Shown in pieces: positions 1-13,161 of a stretch of 64,000 nucleotides of DNA. Position 1 is the stretch's first letter, and each line of letters opens with the position of its first letter. The notes under the pieces are model-generated. The model made no database searches, was not told the origin of the DNA, and saw nothing but the letters and a program-made list of their open reading frames with translations. The stretch is from Amoebophrya sp. A120 (taxonomy: Eukaryota > Protista > Dinoflagellata): the NCBI GenBank assembly GCA_905178155.1, contig CAJINV010000001.1, forward strand, positions 6,171,860 through 6,235,859, given 5' to 3'. The translations under genes and the position numbers were made by a program.

Positions 1-1
1 T

Positions 2-847
2 GAAGTGCGATTTCTGTGCCGCAGAGCGGAAGCGGGAGATCGCGGGTTTTACAAGAATCTGTTGGCGGGGAGAGTAGTAGCCGCACCAGGAGAGGATCAA
101 AAAAGCTACAGTGCAGAATACTGCAAGTTCGGTATTAAGCTTGGTCGTCGAACGCGATTAAAAGAAGTCTTCCCATTGTTCGGGGTGAAGAATCCCCTTA
201 CAAACCAAAACCACCTCCCGTTGCCGGGAACACTGGAACAGTACGTCGCGGACGAAATAGTTGCTGCTGCCAAGTGCCGCCCCTACGGAGGGACAGGATT
301 TGACGCCGACCCTTCCTCTGATTCTGAAGGAACCGACCACAAAGATGACGAAAATAGAGGTGGCGCACCATCGAGGGTTATAAAACCGGGAGCGGCGACA
401 AATCCAATAGCCTATGACTTCAGTATAAATACGCATTCGCTGTTCAATTTTGTCAAGGAGGCAGATAAGAAGCAAATGGACGACGCGAAACTCAAGCTCA
501 GCGCAGCACTCACGGAAAAAGACCGCGTAGCGAAGAACATCAAGGACATACAAGACAACAACTTCGAATGCGCGGTCTGCATCAGTAGTTCCCGGGAGGA
601 ACGCTTCCCTGTTCTCGTCATGCTGGGCTGTTGTCACGTGTTCTGCTTCGATTGTGCGGACAAGTTCATCAATGGTGTTGACGGTGGTCAGAATCAAAAC
701 GCCAATAACGACGACCACGTGAGAAAATGCCCGACCTGCCGTGCAGCGATAGACGAGGAGTCAACAGCGCGAATTCCACCACAGCTCTTCTGCAAACGGC
801 GCCGCGTTCTTGCAGTTGGTGGATCTGGAGAAGGGGAGGGAGGCTGA
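2..847 (+). CDS. 3' part of a protein with coiled coil and C-terminal C3HC4 RING finger (5'-truncated by window edge)
   Basis: Frame open from the window start; CAVC...CCHVFCFDC...CPTCR RING signature; stop at 845-847. Confidence 0.8.
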   Translation, partial: EVRFLCRRAEAGDRGFYKNLLAGRVVAAPGEDQKSYSAEYCKFGIKLGRRTRLKEVFPLFGVKNPLTNQNHLPLPGTLEQYVADEIVAAAKCRPYGGTGFDADPSSDSEGTDHKDDENRGGAPSRVIKPGAATNPIAYDFSINTHSLFNFVKEADKKQMDDAKLKLSAALTEKDRVAKNIKDIQDNNFECAVCISSSREERFPVLVMLGCCHVFCFDCADKFINGVDGGQNQNANNDDHVRKCPTCRAAIDEESTARIPPQLFCKRRRVLAVGGSGEGEGG

Positions 848-1418
848 TGCGAAACGTCGGGCGGCTGTGATTTGTCTCGGATTCATCAACTACACTACTG
901 CTCCATGAACTGACAGGACCACGAGGTGGAGATGGTTTCAACAAAGACAAAGACAAAGACAAAAATGACACTGTAAATTGTATGTTAACTTTGAAAGGAG
1001 GATTTCCATTTCGTTTTCGATTTCACTCTGACGCAGAGCTTCGTTCAGGCACTGTATCTTGGCTGCAATCGGCCGCGGAACCTGGCACGCTTATGCCAGA
1101 ATAGTACTGCTACTGTCCCAACGCGACCTTGAATCTACTTCGTCACGTGTTCCCATGGACAATGTCGAGTGGATGCGTCCTTCTCGTAATCGTTTCAATT
1201 TGAAATAGCGAGATGAACGGAGCAATTTCAAGTATGAGTTGTAACGTGAGTGTGGTGGGGGTGGGGGATGGAAAAACAAAAAGTGCCTGTAGGCTTGGCA
1301 AGAAGTTCATTGAGAGTTCTTACCAGACATCATGGCGCGAAGCGCGATGTTCGTGCCAACACACAGTTTGACTGGTGCAAGTTGAAAATCGAAAGGAAAA
1401 AGTTGCAGTCGCCTGAAA

Positions 1419-2079
1419 ATGCAGTACACCTACGAACCGGGTGAGGCGAGCAAGCACTCCTTGAAGGAGCACCACGCACTCGCGAAAGCTGCTACAGATG
1501 GCGAGGTCTACGCGGAGTCAGATTTGCGGTTTATCGCAGATGAGGTAGCTTTTATTCCATTTGAATTTGTTTGTTATCATGCACTTCAAGTTTCGGCATC
1601 GGGATCGGCAAGCAAAGCCAAGCAGGGCTACAGGCATTGGAGCTCGCCTTTCTTCATATCTGTCCGTCTCCTCCAATCATCAGGTTATTCCGGGTCTCTT
1701 TCGACACACGAGACAGGCACGGTTTCTCCGACGCGGTTGGGTGGTAGAACTAGGCTTGATTCTCTTCAGCCTGATGGCAGCTGGGCTCGAGATAACGCAC
1801 CAGTGCGCTTTCAGCGATATACTGGCACTAGCGCCTCCACGATGCGAGATGTGCTACTCCAACGTGTTTCTCTTTCTTCTCGTGATTTTGGCGGCAATAT
1901 GGTTCTTGAACCTGTACCTCTTCGCACTGCTGAAGTCCCGGGGATTTCACTTCAACCGAACAACGCTACACGAGGGATTGTACCTGAGCCACCCGGACAT
2001 CCCGCCGATGGCGATAACCATGTACTTGTACCTCACCGCGATTCTGGTGCTGCTTTGGGGGGCAGGTGCTGATATTTGA
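1419..2079 (+). CDS. Small multi-pass membrane protein of unknown function (exons 1419-1544, 1591-2079)
   Basis: Phase-0 GT-AG intron 1545-1590 joins ORF 1419 to ORF 1561, which has three hydrophobic segments. Start codon uncertain. Confidence 0.55.
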
Positions 2080-3206
2080 TTCGATTTTTTTTTATCTCAT
2101 TTTTCAATTTCATGCCTGAAGATGGAGAAGAAATGCGTGCTTCTGTGCGTGTAGTTTGTCTAGAAAATCCATCCTAATGAACACAATAAATCATGTTATT
2201 GGAAGTATACTGCTGTCATCGCGATGAACTGGACATTCGCATTCGCACAACTTTTCAGGTATTTACATTTTCTTCAAAAGCACAACGCAATGCATGCGCG
2301 GCGGCGCCAGATTCGCGAGACCAAGGAGTATGCCCTTGATGATCGTGCTTGGATTATCAGAGGTCTTTGTACCTGTGTCGCTACTCTTGTTGAGGAGATG
2401 AAAAAAAAAACACTAACGAGGAGGTGATGCTTGCCTCCTCTGAAAATTATCTTTTCCTTGCACACACGCACGCTACGGTCGCGAATAAGGACCTGCACAA
2501 CGGGGATGCGACCGCATATTAGCGCACAGACTCCACCGGTTCAAAGCCTGAGCATAATCGTGAGGCTGATCATCCTTGTGTGTAGTAAATCGAAATCTTC
2601 ATCGGTACGAAATGCTTCTGTTGATAAAAAGCTGGTTCGTGATAATAATTCCGTGACTTTTTTTAGGTTCCGCAAGATCAGCAACAAGCGAAAGGATCCT
2701 CAAAGGTGAATGCTCGACATGGATCTGTAGTTGTTGTTTTTCCCCGCGCAGTTCGCTAGAATGAAAATGAAATTCAGATCCGAAATATGGAGGCACTGGA
2801 CTTCTCCTCCAGATGGATCCTTTGGAACGCACAAATTTGTCAGGATCATGTCGATCAAAGTTCAAGATCAGCCACTGTTAGCACCACAAGAGAAAAATGG
2901 TCCTTCGCCTTTGTCGAAGCATTCATCGTGACTTGTAACTCAACAGTGACGCATTTTGGTGCTAGAAAGAACTTAGAACATCATTTAGCTCCCGTAAGAA
3001 GCTATGGTAATGATGAGCAGCCAGCTTTATTACGAGGAAAGACATGTGCATTCTTTAAGCAAAGAGACCGAGATATCAGGTACGGTATTTTAAGTTGAAC
3101 GACTTCATCTGTTTTTTCTTTTGTCAAAAGTTCTTTGTGGACCGGCGACACGAGAAGTTCATACTCAAATAACAAGTAGAGCTTCCGCGACATCAGCTAC
3201 ACGGCC

Positions 3207-6200
3207 ATGGGAAAGCTAACTTCGGGCAACGCGACGTCTTCGACGTCTAAGTTGGGTGGCTCTTCCTCGTCCTCCACCAGTAAGAAGAACAAAACGAAAG
3301 ACGCTACGCTCGACGTCAACATGCAGCTGCAGAAAGTTCATAAGCCGATGCGGCTGCGACCGAAGGTGCCGGTGAATTCAAAATCCAAGTATGAAACCAT
3401 TGGCCAGCTGAACTACGCCGAGAGCCACTACACGGAGTTTCTGAAGGAATCCGTCGAAAACCACGTTGGCAGTTTCAACATGATGTTGGATCACATCCTA
3501 CCGGAGATGGCCAACGAAATCATTCCGATCGAGGTGCCAGTCAACAATGACTCCGAAACGTCAAAACCCGGTAGCGCCTCAGCGTCGAGCAAAATAAAGA
3601 TCACAAACAAAACGAACACCGCCGTGGGATTACGAATCGGAGTGGAGAAAATCACGATCGACAAGCCCATGAAGAAAGACCACAACATGCTACCAAGCAA
3701 CGGAAAAAGTATTGACTTTTTGAATACTGGACTCACTGTGACTCGCGTACGATGATTTTCTATCACTGTATTGTACCTGTACGTAGATGCACCGGTTTAT
3801 TTAGTTGCCTTTTGTCTCTTGTTTATGCTTTTTCACCACCACCTTGACCTTCCTTGCCTACCAAAACCACAGGTACGAAAAACGTGCTTCCAAGTGATTG
3901 CCGTGAGGGGCATTTCACCTACTCGGGAAAGTGCACGGTCACTTTCTACACGCAGCGCGTCGGGGATGACAGCACGTCCAGGCAGTGCTTCAACGTCGAA
4001 TGCGGAAATGTCCCAATCATGGTCGGTAGTAAGGTCTGCCACCTGCACAACCTGTCTCCGGCGGAAATGGTGAAGGCACGAGAGGATGAGACGGAAAGAG
4101 GAGGGTAATAAACGATTTCTGACGTACAATATGACTGGCTTGGAAAAGAAAATATTTTCAAAGCAATTTCAATTAGAATTATGATGCGTATATGCCAAAA
4201 TCAAAAACAACAAATTGAAAATTCCCAGGTATTTCGTAATGAACGGCAACGAGCGCGTAATTCGTCTGCTGATCATGCCGAAAGCTAACCAGCTGCTGGC
4301 CATCGAGCGTGGCAGCTTCACCAACCGCGGTGACTTGTACACAAAGCACGCGGTCCAGATCCGTTGCATGCGGAAGGACTTAACCACGCTGACCAACACG
4401 CTCCATTATTGCCGTGACGGTACCTGCTTCTTCCGGTTTTCGCACAGCAAAAACGAGTTCCTGATCCCCATGCTGGTGATTGCGTACGCCATTGCGCCGG
4501 GGTACATGACGGATTTCCAGATGGCGCGAACCCTTTGTGGCGGGAACGAAAATGACAACTTCAGTTCCGAACGGGTCCAGGTGATGTTCCAAACTTTGCT
4601 CGCGGCGGACTACAAGATCCACAGTCGGGTGGACGCGTTGCAGTTTCTCGGCGACCAATTTCGAAGCACGATGAAGGAGCCGGCGTATTTGTCCGATATC
4701 GAGTGCGGTTTGCGCATGGTTCGGTCCTTCATTTTCGTCAACTCCACGGAGATGGAGGACAAATTTTCCCTGCTGTGCCTGATGTTCCAGAAGTTGATGC
4801 GACTCGCGGAGGGAACGATCAAGCCGGAGAACTGTGATGCCCTGAGTACGCAGGAAGCCTTGCTCCCGGGGCAGCTGTACGGTGCGGTTTTGAAGGAAGC
4901 GGTGGAAACGACGATGGAGAAGGCCAAGCAGGAACTGCTGAAGAAGATCCGCTACGGCGACGACATATTCGACATTGAAACCGTCGAGTCAGTGTTCTGG
5001 CGGGTGAAAGAGATCGACCATGCGGTGAACTACTTCCTTTCCACGGGTACGATCAAATCCCGATCTGGTTTGGATTTGATGCAGGTCACCGGTTTTACCA
5101 TCGTTGCGGACAAGCTCAACGCCGTCCGTTACCTGTCCCACTTCCGCGCCATCCACCGTGGTCAGTTTTTCATGGAAATGAAAACCACGGCGGTCCGAAA
5201 ATTGCTCCCCGACAGTTGGGGCTTCCTCTGCCCCGTCCACACTCCCGATGGTGGGCCGTGTGGGCTGTTGAACCACTTGGGACAGAACTGTCAGGTCGCG
5301 TTGACACCGCCGGCGCTGATCGAAAAAACGGTGAACAGCGTGCGCAATTTCCTCCTCTCCCTCGGGGTGCTCAAAGCGGCAAACGATCCCGCGGGCCTGA
5401 ACGAGGCGCACCTGCGCGCATCGCTTTCCCTCGCTGATCACTACCCGGTCGTGCTGGAGGGGCGCACTCTCGGCTACGTCCGGGACGAAGACGCTGCACT
5501 CGTGGTCGCGATGCTCCGCCGCGCGAAAACCATGAGCACGGAGAACGTGTCGGTCACGAAAAAGTTATGGAAGAAAATCATGTCGGCACAGGTGAAGGAA
5601 TCCGACTTCGAACACGCATCCGCACAGTACGCAAGCGGGGATATCGCTGATTTAGGACCTAGTGCATCTTCAGGTAGTGGTTCGAAGAAGACCTCCAAAT
5701 CTTCTGCTCTGTCTGAAAACACGAAGAAGCGATCAAGGAGACACGGGAATAATGACAGCAGCGACAGTGAAGCCGACGTGGATGATCATGGAAGCGAAGA
5801 TTCGCACAGCACTTGCGCCGATTCGCAAGACCTCAACGACAAAAATCTGACGATCGCTTTATCTTCCGTCGTGTCCGGTCCGCAGCTGAGGGACGAGGCC
5901 GAGATGGAGAACGAGCAGTGCATCAAGGACTACGAGGACATGTTCCGGCAAATCCCTTTCAACTTGGAGATCGGCTTCGTGGAACGGTCCTGGGACCGGA
6001 TTTTCCCGGGAATTTTCCTCTTCGTCGGTCCGTGCCGGTTCACCCGGCCAATCAAGTGCCTCCGATCCCACCAACTCGAGCACGTCGGACCGTTCGAACA
6101 GGTCTTCATGAAGATTGCGGTCACGGAGTCCGAGTTGATCTGGACGAGAAAGGTTTTGCGGGCCGACATCGAGGAGTACACGAAGTCTTTGGTGGTTGCG

Positions 6201-8485
6201 GAGAAGGCGCAAGACGAGGATATCGTGATGAAATCTTCGGAGGAGTACGATAACGGTTTGAGATACCGCCCGACCGGGCAGATGGAGCCGCTGGTTTATA
6301 CCCATCGAGAAATCGACCCGATCAAAATGCTGTCCATCGTAGCGTCTCTGACCCCGTTCCAAAATCACAACCAGTCGCCGCGGTGCATGTACCAGTGTCA
6401 GATGTTGAAACAGACCATGGGGACGCCCTACCAGAACCACAGTAGACGGACGGACAACAAGGTGTACCGCATCCAGTTCCCGCAGCGCCCGATGGTGCGC
6501 GCGCAGATGTACGCGGACGCGAAGTTCGACACGCACCCCACCGGAATGAACGCGATTGTTGCCGTTTGCGCGTACACGGGGTACGACATGGAGGACGCGA
6601 TGATTATCAATAAGGGCAGTTACGACCGCGGCTTCATGGCCGGGAACGTTTACAAGCAAAAGATCATCAAAGCCTGCCCGGAGAAGGACGAGCGGTCGAG
6701 ACAGCACTCGCGGAACTGGATCTTTTCGAACTACAACAAAGCAAAGGGTGAGTACTGTAGCATGGAAAAGCACATCCAACCCGACGGTACGCCGAAGGTG
6801 GGGACGCTAATGACGCAGGGGATGACCCTGGTCGCAGCAGTGAACAAAGCGACAGGAGAGGTGAACATAACCAAGCACAAAGACAGCGATCCGTGCTGGG
6901 TGGAAGCGATTTCATTGATTTCGGGCGGGTCGTTTCAAGGTAATAGTTTGAATTTTTGATCTCCAGCTTTTTCTACCATACATCCAGACTTACTTACAAA
7001 CATAGATTCCTACCGTTCTTGTGCCATATGCACCGGAAAATACCTGATCTGTACTTCAATCAAACTCTCTAGGTGGCGGAGTCGAGGACGGGCAGGTGAA
7101 GCTGAGTATCAAGCTTCGTTTCAACCGGCGACCGATGGTGGGAGACAAATTCGCGACCCGGCACGGGCAGAAGGGTGTGATGGCCACATTATGGAAGTCG
7201 GAGGACATGCCCTTTTCCGCCCGGGGCATGGTGCCGGACATTCTGTTCAACCCCCACGGTTTCCCGAGTCGGATGACGATCGGACAGCTGATCGAGTCCA
7301 TGGCGGGAAAAGCGGCCGCTCTGACCGGAACCAAGCACGTGAACGCGACGGCCTTCCGGAAGTACCGGGGGCACTTCAACTACCCGGACAACAACGAGGA
7401 CGACCCATTCCTGGAGAAAGATCCCATTACCGCCTGCGACCCCGAGAAGCAGCCCATGCCGGCCGAGTACTTCGGAAAAGTCCTGAAAGACTACGGGTAA
7501 GTAGTTCTTTTTGAAGATCTTGATGTTGATGTTTTGATCCCGGTTTTTCAAGTGGCTTATGCTGAGCTTCAATCTTTTTCTTTGCTCGTGCAGCGCCCTT
7601 CAACGTTATTCTGCTTTGTGTTTGCATCCACCCAACGAACACTCTAGTTACCTGCGACATCCGCAAAATGCGAAGTCAAAACCTCAACTTTTCAGGTACG
7701 ACTACTATGGCACCGAGGAGCTGTACGACGGAATCCACGGTGAGCCAATGAAGACGCACATTTTCATGGGCTGCGTCTACTACCAGCGCTTGAGGCACAT
7801 GGTGGCCGACAAGGCCCAGGTGCGCGCAATGGGACCGATCGACCCGCAGACGCGTCAGCCGGTCAAGGGCCGACAGCGACACGGTGGTATTCGACTGGGT
7901 GAGATGGAACGCGACGCCCTGGTCGCGCACGGAGCCGCCTTCCTGGTCCACGATCGGTTGATGCGGTGCTCCGACTATTCGGTAGGCTTTTGCTGTCCCA
8001 AGTGCGGTAGCATCATTACCCCAGTGCCGCAGCAGTACGAAACCAGGAAGAAACAGCAGGGGAACGGCGGCTTTGCGTTTGAGAAGACAACGCGGTCCTT
8101 GGCGAACGCCGTGTGTCCGCCGTGTACCAGAAAAGCGAAAAAGGAAGATCCGAACGCGGAAGACGTGATCTGCGAGCCCAAGGACATCCCGTTCTCCTAC
8201 CGATTACTGACCGTAGAATTCGCAGCCATGGGTATCAACCTGGAGATGCGCCTGAACAACGGAACAACGGATGCGTATGCACAGGAACCGGAGGAAGCAG
8301 CGAACGAGGTCGCGAGCAGAAGAAGACCAATCACGGTTCCATCTTTGAGAACATACGACCTGGAGAAAATACAGGAGGAAAAAGATATGCTCTCAGGAGA
8401 CTGTAATAGGATAGATTGTCGCTTGGAAGGCGCAGCCGGAGTTGATGTGGAAATGATTGATGAAGAAGATGAAGGGGGACCTTGA
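3207..8485 (+). CDS. RPA2: DNA-directed RNA polymerase I second-largest subunit (~1552 aa; exons 3207-3708, 3873-4104, 4229-6939, 7073-7496, 7696-8485)
   Basis: [97 protein letters not shown]-terminal zinc ribbon. Four GT-AG introns give a continuous frame; motifs are Pol I-type. Confidence 0.95.
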
Positions 8486-8910
8486 AAAATTCTAACGGAG
8501 ACCGACAATCTTGAGATTGATCCTAACGAAGTCCAAGTCGTTTTTCTTGGATACGCGGTATGCAGAGAGCCAAGAAAAAAATCACTCATCACCAATTTTG
8601 GTGGGTAGTCTGCTTCTTGTGCGTGCTTGAATATCCAGCAACGAACATCACGAATACAGCTGCAACATCCGATGAGCAAACGCTTTACGCCGGAATAGGA
8701 AAAGATTAAGTATGCTGGAGAAGAATCTTCCTCCTGAGAGGCACGAGCCGTTTATTGAAAAATACACGCTACACTCTGGCCACTGATGGCGTTCCGATGA
8801 TGAACTTCGTGCCCGTGCTGTGTTCTTCAATTTCGAAAGCTGAGACAAATTTGCCGTCGATGCGGTTTGGTTCTGCTTGATGACGTGTTTTTCCTCTTTT
8901 CTTTTGTCCT

Positions 8911-11110
8911 TATTGGCGAAAGAGGCCAAGAAGCGCCGGGCCAAGGACGGCAGCGCAAGGCGGTGCCTAGGTCGGGCAACCCGCTGAGTTCCCCTATGTT
9001 GTGTGGCCGACGAAAGGGGAAAAAGACACGGAGTCCCTGAGCCTCAACGAATTGCGCCCGGTTTGTGCTTCCTTCGCGGGGGGGCCATGGCGTCCACCCT
9101 GGCAGAGGCGGAGAGGTGCGCGGGCCAGTTGCGTAGCGAGTGCGACGCGGTGGCTTTCGGGATGCTGAAGGGATTGGCGCAGCCGGGGCAGCAAAAGTCC
9201 AAGCCAGCAGCGCCCTGCTGGTTGGATAAAGGCGGCGCGCTGCGAGCCAGCGACGCGGTTCACGGTGGCGCTGCATTGTGGGCGTCCGGGCGTCGACAAG
9301 TGCGGCAGCTGGCAAAGCTGCGCGCTGTGGATCCGGGGCGCGGCCGAAAGGCGCGCAGAGCCGGCGGGCGGCGCCGAAAGTCAGCGGCGGGAAAGAAGCG
9401 GCCGCGTGGCCCGCGCGCCCGCCGGCCGGCCGGCAACGCCGGGCGCAGAAAGTGCCGCGGGGGGCCGCAGGAGTACATCGGCCGGCGCCCATAGAGGGGC
9501 GGGGGCCGTGTGTTTCGGGTCATTCATTGCAGCGGGGCCTCTCAGATTTGAAATAGCGAGAAGCCAGGCGATATCGGGGGGGCCGGCCCAGAGGCATAGG
9601 CGCCGCAAGGGGGCCCGCCCGCTGTGGTTGCTCGGGCCGGGGATGCATGGCGCGGGTGTAGATGAGGCAGCCGCCGCGCTTTGGCTGAGCGATCGAGGCT
9701 GCAATGCTTGACGTGGTGCCTCCTGCGCTTCGGGGCGTGCTCTCGTGCCGGCCGGGGGCCTTGGAAGGCCGACGGATTGCGCGCCTTGGAGGCAGTTGGA
9801 GCAGCCCTGCGCCATCTCCGCGAAAAAGCAGCGCGGTGAAGCAGTAGAAGCACAATGCCCGGCTGCGCAGGCGCGGTTTTTTTGGCGTTCCCGCGCCTTG
9901 GCCACTCATGGAAGGAAGTGTTTCAGCCTCTCCAGGTTGGTGGCGGGCCCCCGCCCCCGACCGTTCTCGAATGTCGTGGTAGCCCGCGCGCCGCTCGGAA
10001 CCGGGGCGCGCGTGCTTGGTGCCCTCGGGGATCGCGCACTTTGTGAGAAACCCGGGAGGAACAAAGATCACGGGCCTGGAGAAATTATAGGGGGGGCTGG
10101 TGATCGTTCATTTTTACCCAGCGCAAGCATGCCCCGCGCCCGGGCTATCTTCAGGCCTGCCCTGTATTGTTTGAGCCGAGGCAGAGGGCTGCTGCTTCTG
10201 CCTGTGCAGTGGGCAGGGCGGGGGGGGCGCGCCCGTGTTTGGCCGCCCCCCGTTCTTCCACGCACTGGCCCATCCCGGGTGGTGATGGAAGGGAGGGCCC
10301 CCCGATTCTAGGCCGACTGTTGGCGAGCCCATTTTGTATTTGTGGTGGAGAGGCTGAGGCGGCGTCGGTATCCTCTCGGGCTCGAGGGCCAGCAAGCGGC
10401 CCCAATAAATAAAAAAGCGGCGCGCAGGGCCGGTCTCATTCACAGGCCCGCTCGGGTGAGCTGTTCGAAGAACCCCACGCCGGCGCGGTGGGGGGGGCTT
10501 CCATATTGCGAAAATCCCGCTGCTGGCCGTGTGTATCGCCGTGCAGGCACTCCGCGTCCCCTGTGGCGTTTGCAACGGGTTGCGGAGAGGGGCCCGCTGC
10601 GATCGATAATTAACGCGCTGCGGCAGGCAGCATCCAGCTGGACGAATGTCGCCCGTCCCCCGAGTCGCGTAGTTTGGTAGCGGCGAGCCGTCCGACGGCA
10701 TTCCGGTCGAAGATCTTCACTGACGGGGTCCGCGGCGAACCGGGGCCCGCCGGGCGCGGCGCCATTGGCGATCTAGATCTTCTTCGGGCTTTTCCTGGCA
10801 GGCATGGATGTGGCCCGGTTGTCCTGCGGGGGGCTGCGTTGGTTGTTGTTGTTGGGGCGAGGGCGCCCGCTGCGATGGGGCGACCGGGGACCCCCGCGCG
10901 GAGTGCCAAGCACGGGGCGCGGGTCGGTTCTTGGGGACTTTCCTGTTCGCCGTTGCCCCTTTGGTCGGTCGGTCCGCCGGTCGCGGCCGTATTTCTAAAC
11001 CGAAAGCAGAGCTCCGGACTATTCGGGGTCGGGGTGGCTTTCTGTCCACGGACACCCGATATTTTTTCCTGCGCTATGTATCTGCAGTCGAATAGTGTTG
11101 CCGTCCAATA
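8911..11110. other. GC-rich degenerate island (possible transposon or pseudogene relic)
   Basis: Sharp compositional shift (e.g. 49/60 G+C at 9361-9420), many homopolymer runs, only short G/P/R/A-rich ORFs in all frames. Boundaries approximate. Confidence 0.55.
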
Positions 11111-11875
11111 ACCAAGATCATTGATTCCGGCAGCAACATGACGAGCGCTCTTCCGGTTGCGTCGTATTTATCCGGGTGTGTGTTGTGTTCCCCGCCAGGA
11201 ATTGCAGTGACTTGCGTGGCCGAAGGTGGCTCTGGCACCCACGCATGATTTGCTGCCATGAATTTACTGACTGCTGCTAATCAATGGTCTGCAGAGCATT
11301 ACTCTGACGGTCTCGTTTTTATTTTTTTTTTTCAAGACGCGCTCGAGCCCACAGAAGCTGAAGTGTTCGTGTCCTCGACGCCGTGCTCGTTGTCGTGCGG
11401 TGGACTCGACTGTCTACCGGAATTTAGAATGCTTCTGCTTGCTGCAAGCGCGAAATTGCGACCAGTTTTAGAAAGGCGTATGTATGAAGATCTATCGGCC
11501 CGCCACCTGCTCCACATGAATGATAAACCAAACGCTTAGGCGTACACGGGATTGCACGAGTTTCAATTTGCATTCGATCCCGGTGTGTGTAATCAGAAGC
11601 GTGTCAACATGTTTTCAAAATAGGATACTCAGTTATTCTTCGTGTACTGATGTGAATGTAGCGTGTCGGTGTCGCAGCTTGCGCTTCTAAGAACTGCGAG
11701 AAGCAGATAATAGGCACAGAAGGCATTACCATTTATTTACCTCGACGTCGACGATTATAAATTGAATTACGTCTAGAGCTACCAGAGTACAGATAGTACA
11801 GACCTTTCACGCTAATTCTATAGTTTTCTTGCACCACCCCGAGCCCGATCCCCGCCGCAAAAACGAACAGTAATC

Positions 11876-12544
11876 ATGCCGCCTCCGATCCCCGCCCGCC
11901 CCATGGGCTTTCCGTTGGGTTTTTCCAACGGAAAACAGCCAAAGCTAAAAGTGGAGCTTTTCCAGGATCTGTGTTGTCCGTTTTCCTTTAAGATGATGCA
12001 AACTTTGCAGACGGGCGTGCTTCCCGTCCTTAAGGAAAAAGCAAATTCCGATCCCGCAAAGTATGCGGACGCGATCGAGTTCGTTATCCATCCGCTCGCG
12101 CAGCCCTGGCACATGCAGAGCTGTGTGCAGCACGAAACCGCGCACGCGGTCGTGCACCTTCTCGGCAAAGAGAAGTACTGGCCGTTTGCTACCACCATCA
12201 TGAGCCAGCGCTACGAGAAGTTCAGTGACCACCAGACCTGCCACATGACCCGACGCCAGCTGCATGCGTTGTGCTTGCAGCTCGGGGTAGAGGCCGGCGT
12301 CTTCACGGAAGCGGAGAGTGAGACGGTAAATGAATTTCTGAAGCAATTTGAGTCCGAGGTGACGGGGTCGGAGCCGATCATGGTCGTGTACAAGGCGATG
12401 ATGGCCATGAGCCGCTTTCACCGCGTGCGCGGCGTGCACATGACCCCGACGGTGTTTTTGAACGATATCGAAGCGCCGGATATTGCTTCGGGCTGGACCG
12501 CCGAGCAATGGCTGGAAAAGATTGATCAAGTTCTCGTAGCGTGA
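11876..12544 (+). CDS. Thioredoxin-fold DsbA-like protein
   Basis: VELFQDLCCPFS active-site-like motif, HPLAQPWH, RVRGVHMTPTVFLN cis-Pro motif; single exon, 222 aa. Confidence 0.8.
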   Translation: MPPPIPARPMGFPLGFSNGKQPKLKVELFQDLCCPFSFKMMQTLQTGVLPVLKEKANSDPAKYADAIEFVIHPLAQPWHMQSCVQHETAHAVVHLLGKEKYWPFATTIMSQRYEKFSDHQTCHMTRRQLHALCLQLGVEAGVFTEAESETVNEFLKQFESEVTGSEPIMVVYKAMMAMSRFHRVRGVHMTPTVFLNDIEAPDIASGWTAEQWLEKIDQVLVA

Positions 12545-13161
12545 CAGATGTAGATGAGGAGCGGCTTCTCTTGATGTTGATGCAGTAAGAAGTCACGCGA
12601 CGCAATTTTTTAAGGACATGTCATAGAGCAGCGTCCCCATCTTGACTAAGCGACCATACTGTAGCTACCTTGTGTACCCCTGCTCGCTGGTCGCAGGTTT
12701 GTGACGCCATTCACGTTAATACGCCTATCTGTGGCACTGCCGTCAGCAACGTGTTCGGGTTTGCTTGAACAAGATAAACAACTGTGATGTGAATCCATTT
12801 CTGCTGCCGTTTGCTTTTGTAGCACTTCCAGATTATTTTTTTTCGCTTGTTCGGAGTGCAAAGCCGGAAAAGAGGACGAGTTACGATTCCAAATTCGATT
12901 TTTTGCTTTACGCGGCATCCTTCGAGTCGTGAAAAAAAAGAACTGCTGAGCAACCAAGGTGACAAATACTAGCAAACACCATAGCTGCAATCTGAAGCTC
13001 GCCTCTCATGACAAGCTGAAAAGATACGCCAGAGCTTAAACTTACGTATATTTATCAGATTTTTGCGTGCGTGGAATTTCCTCTGACAACAAAAAAGTAG
13101 TGAATAAGCATGTGCATGTCATCTTCCGACAAGAACAACCTGTGAAGAAAATAGAGAAACC

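Noticed and set aside
940-965. (ACAAAG)n and similar short microsatellites (also TAACCG near 40205, AAAGGT near 62793)
   Set aside because: Ordinary simple repeats of about three copies; not telomeric arrays.
1419-2072. 217-aa unspliced ORF
   Set aside because: Reads through an AT-rich GT-AG intron; the spliced frame gives a more plausible membrane protein.
8827-11111. Overlapping G/P/R/A-rich ORFs on both strands
   Set aside because: Expected from stop-codon scarcity in very GC-rich DNA; no coherent protein.
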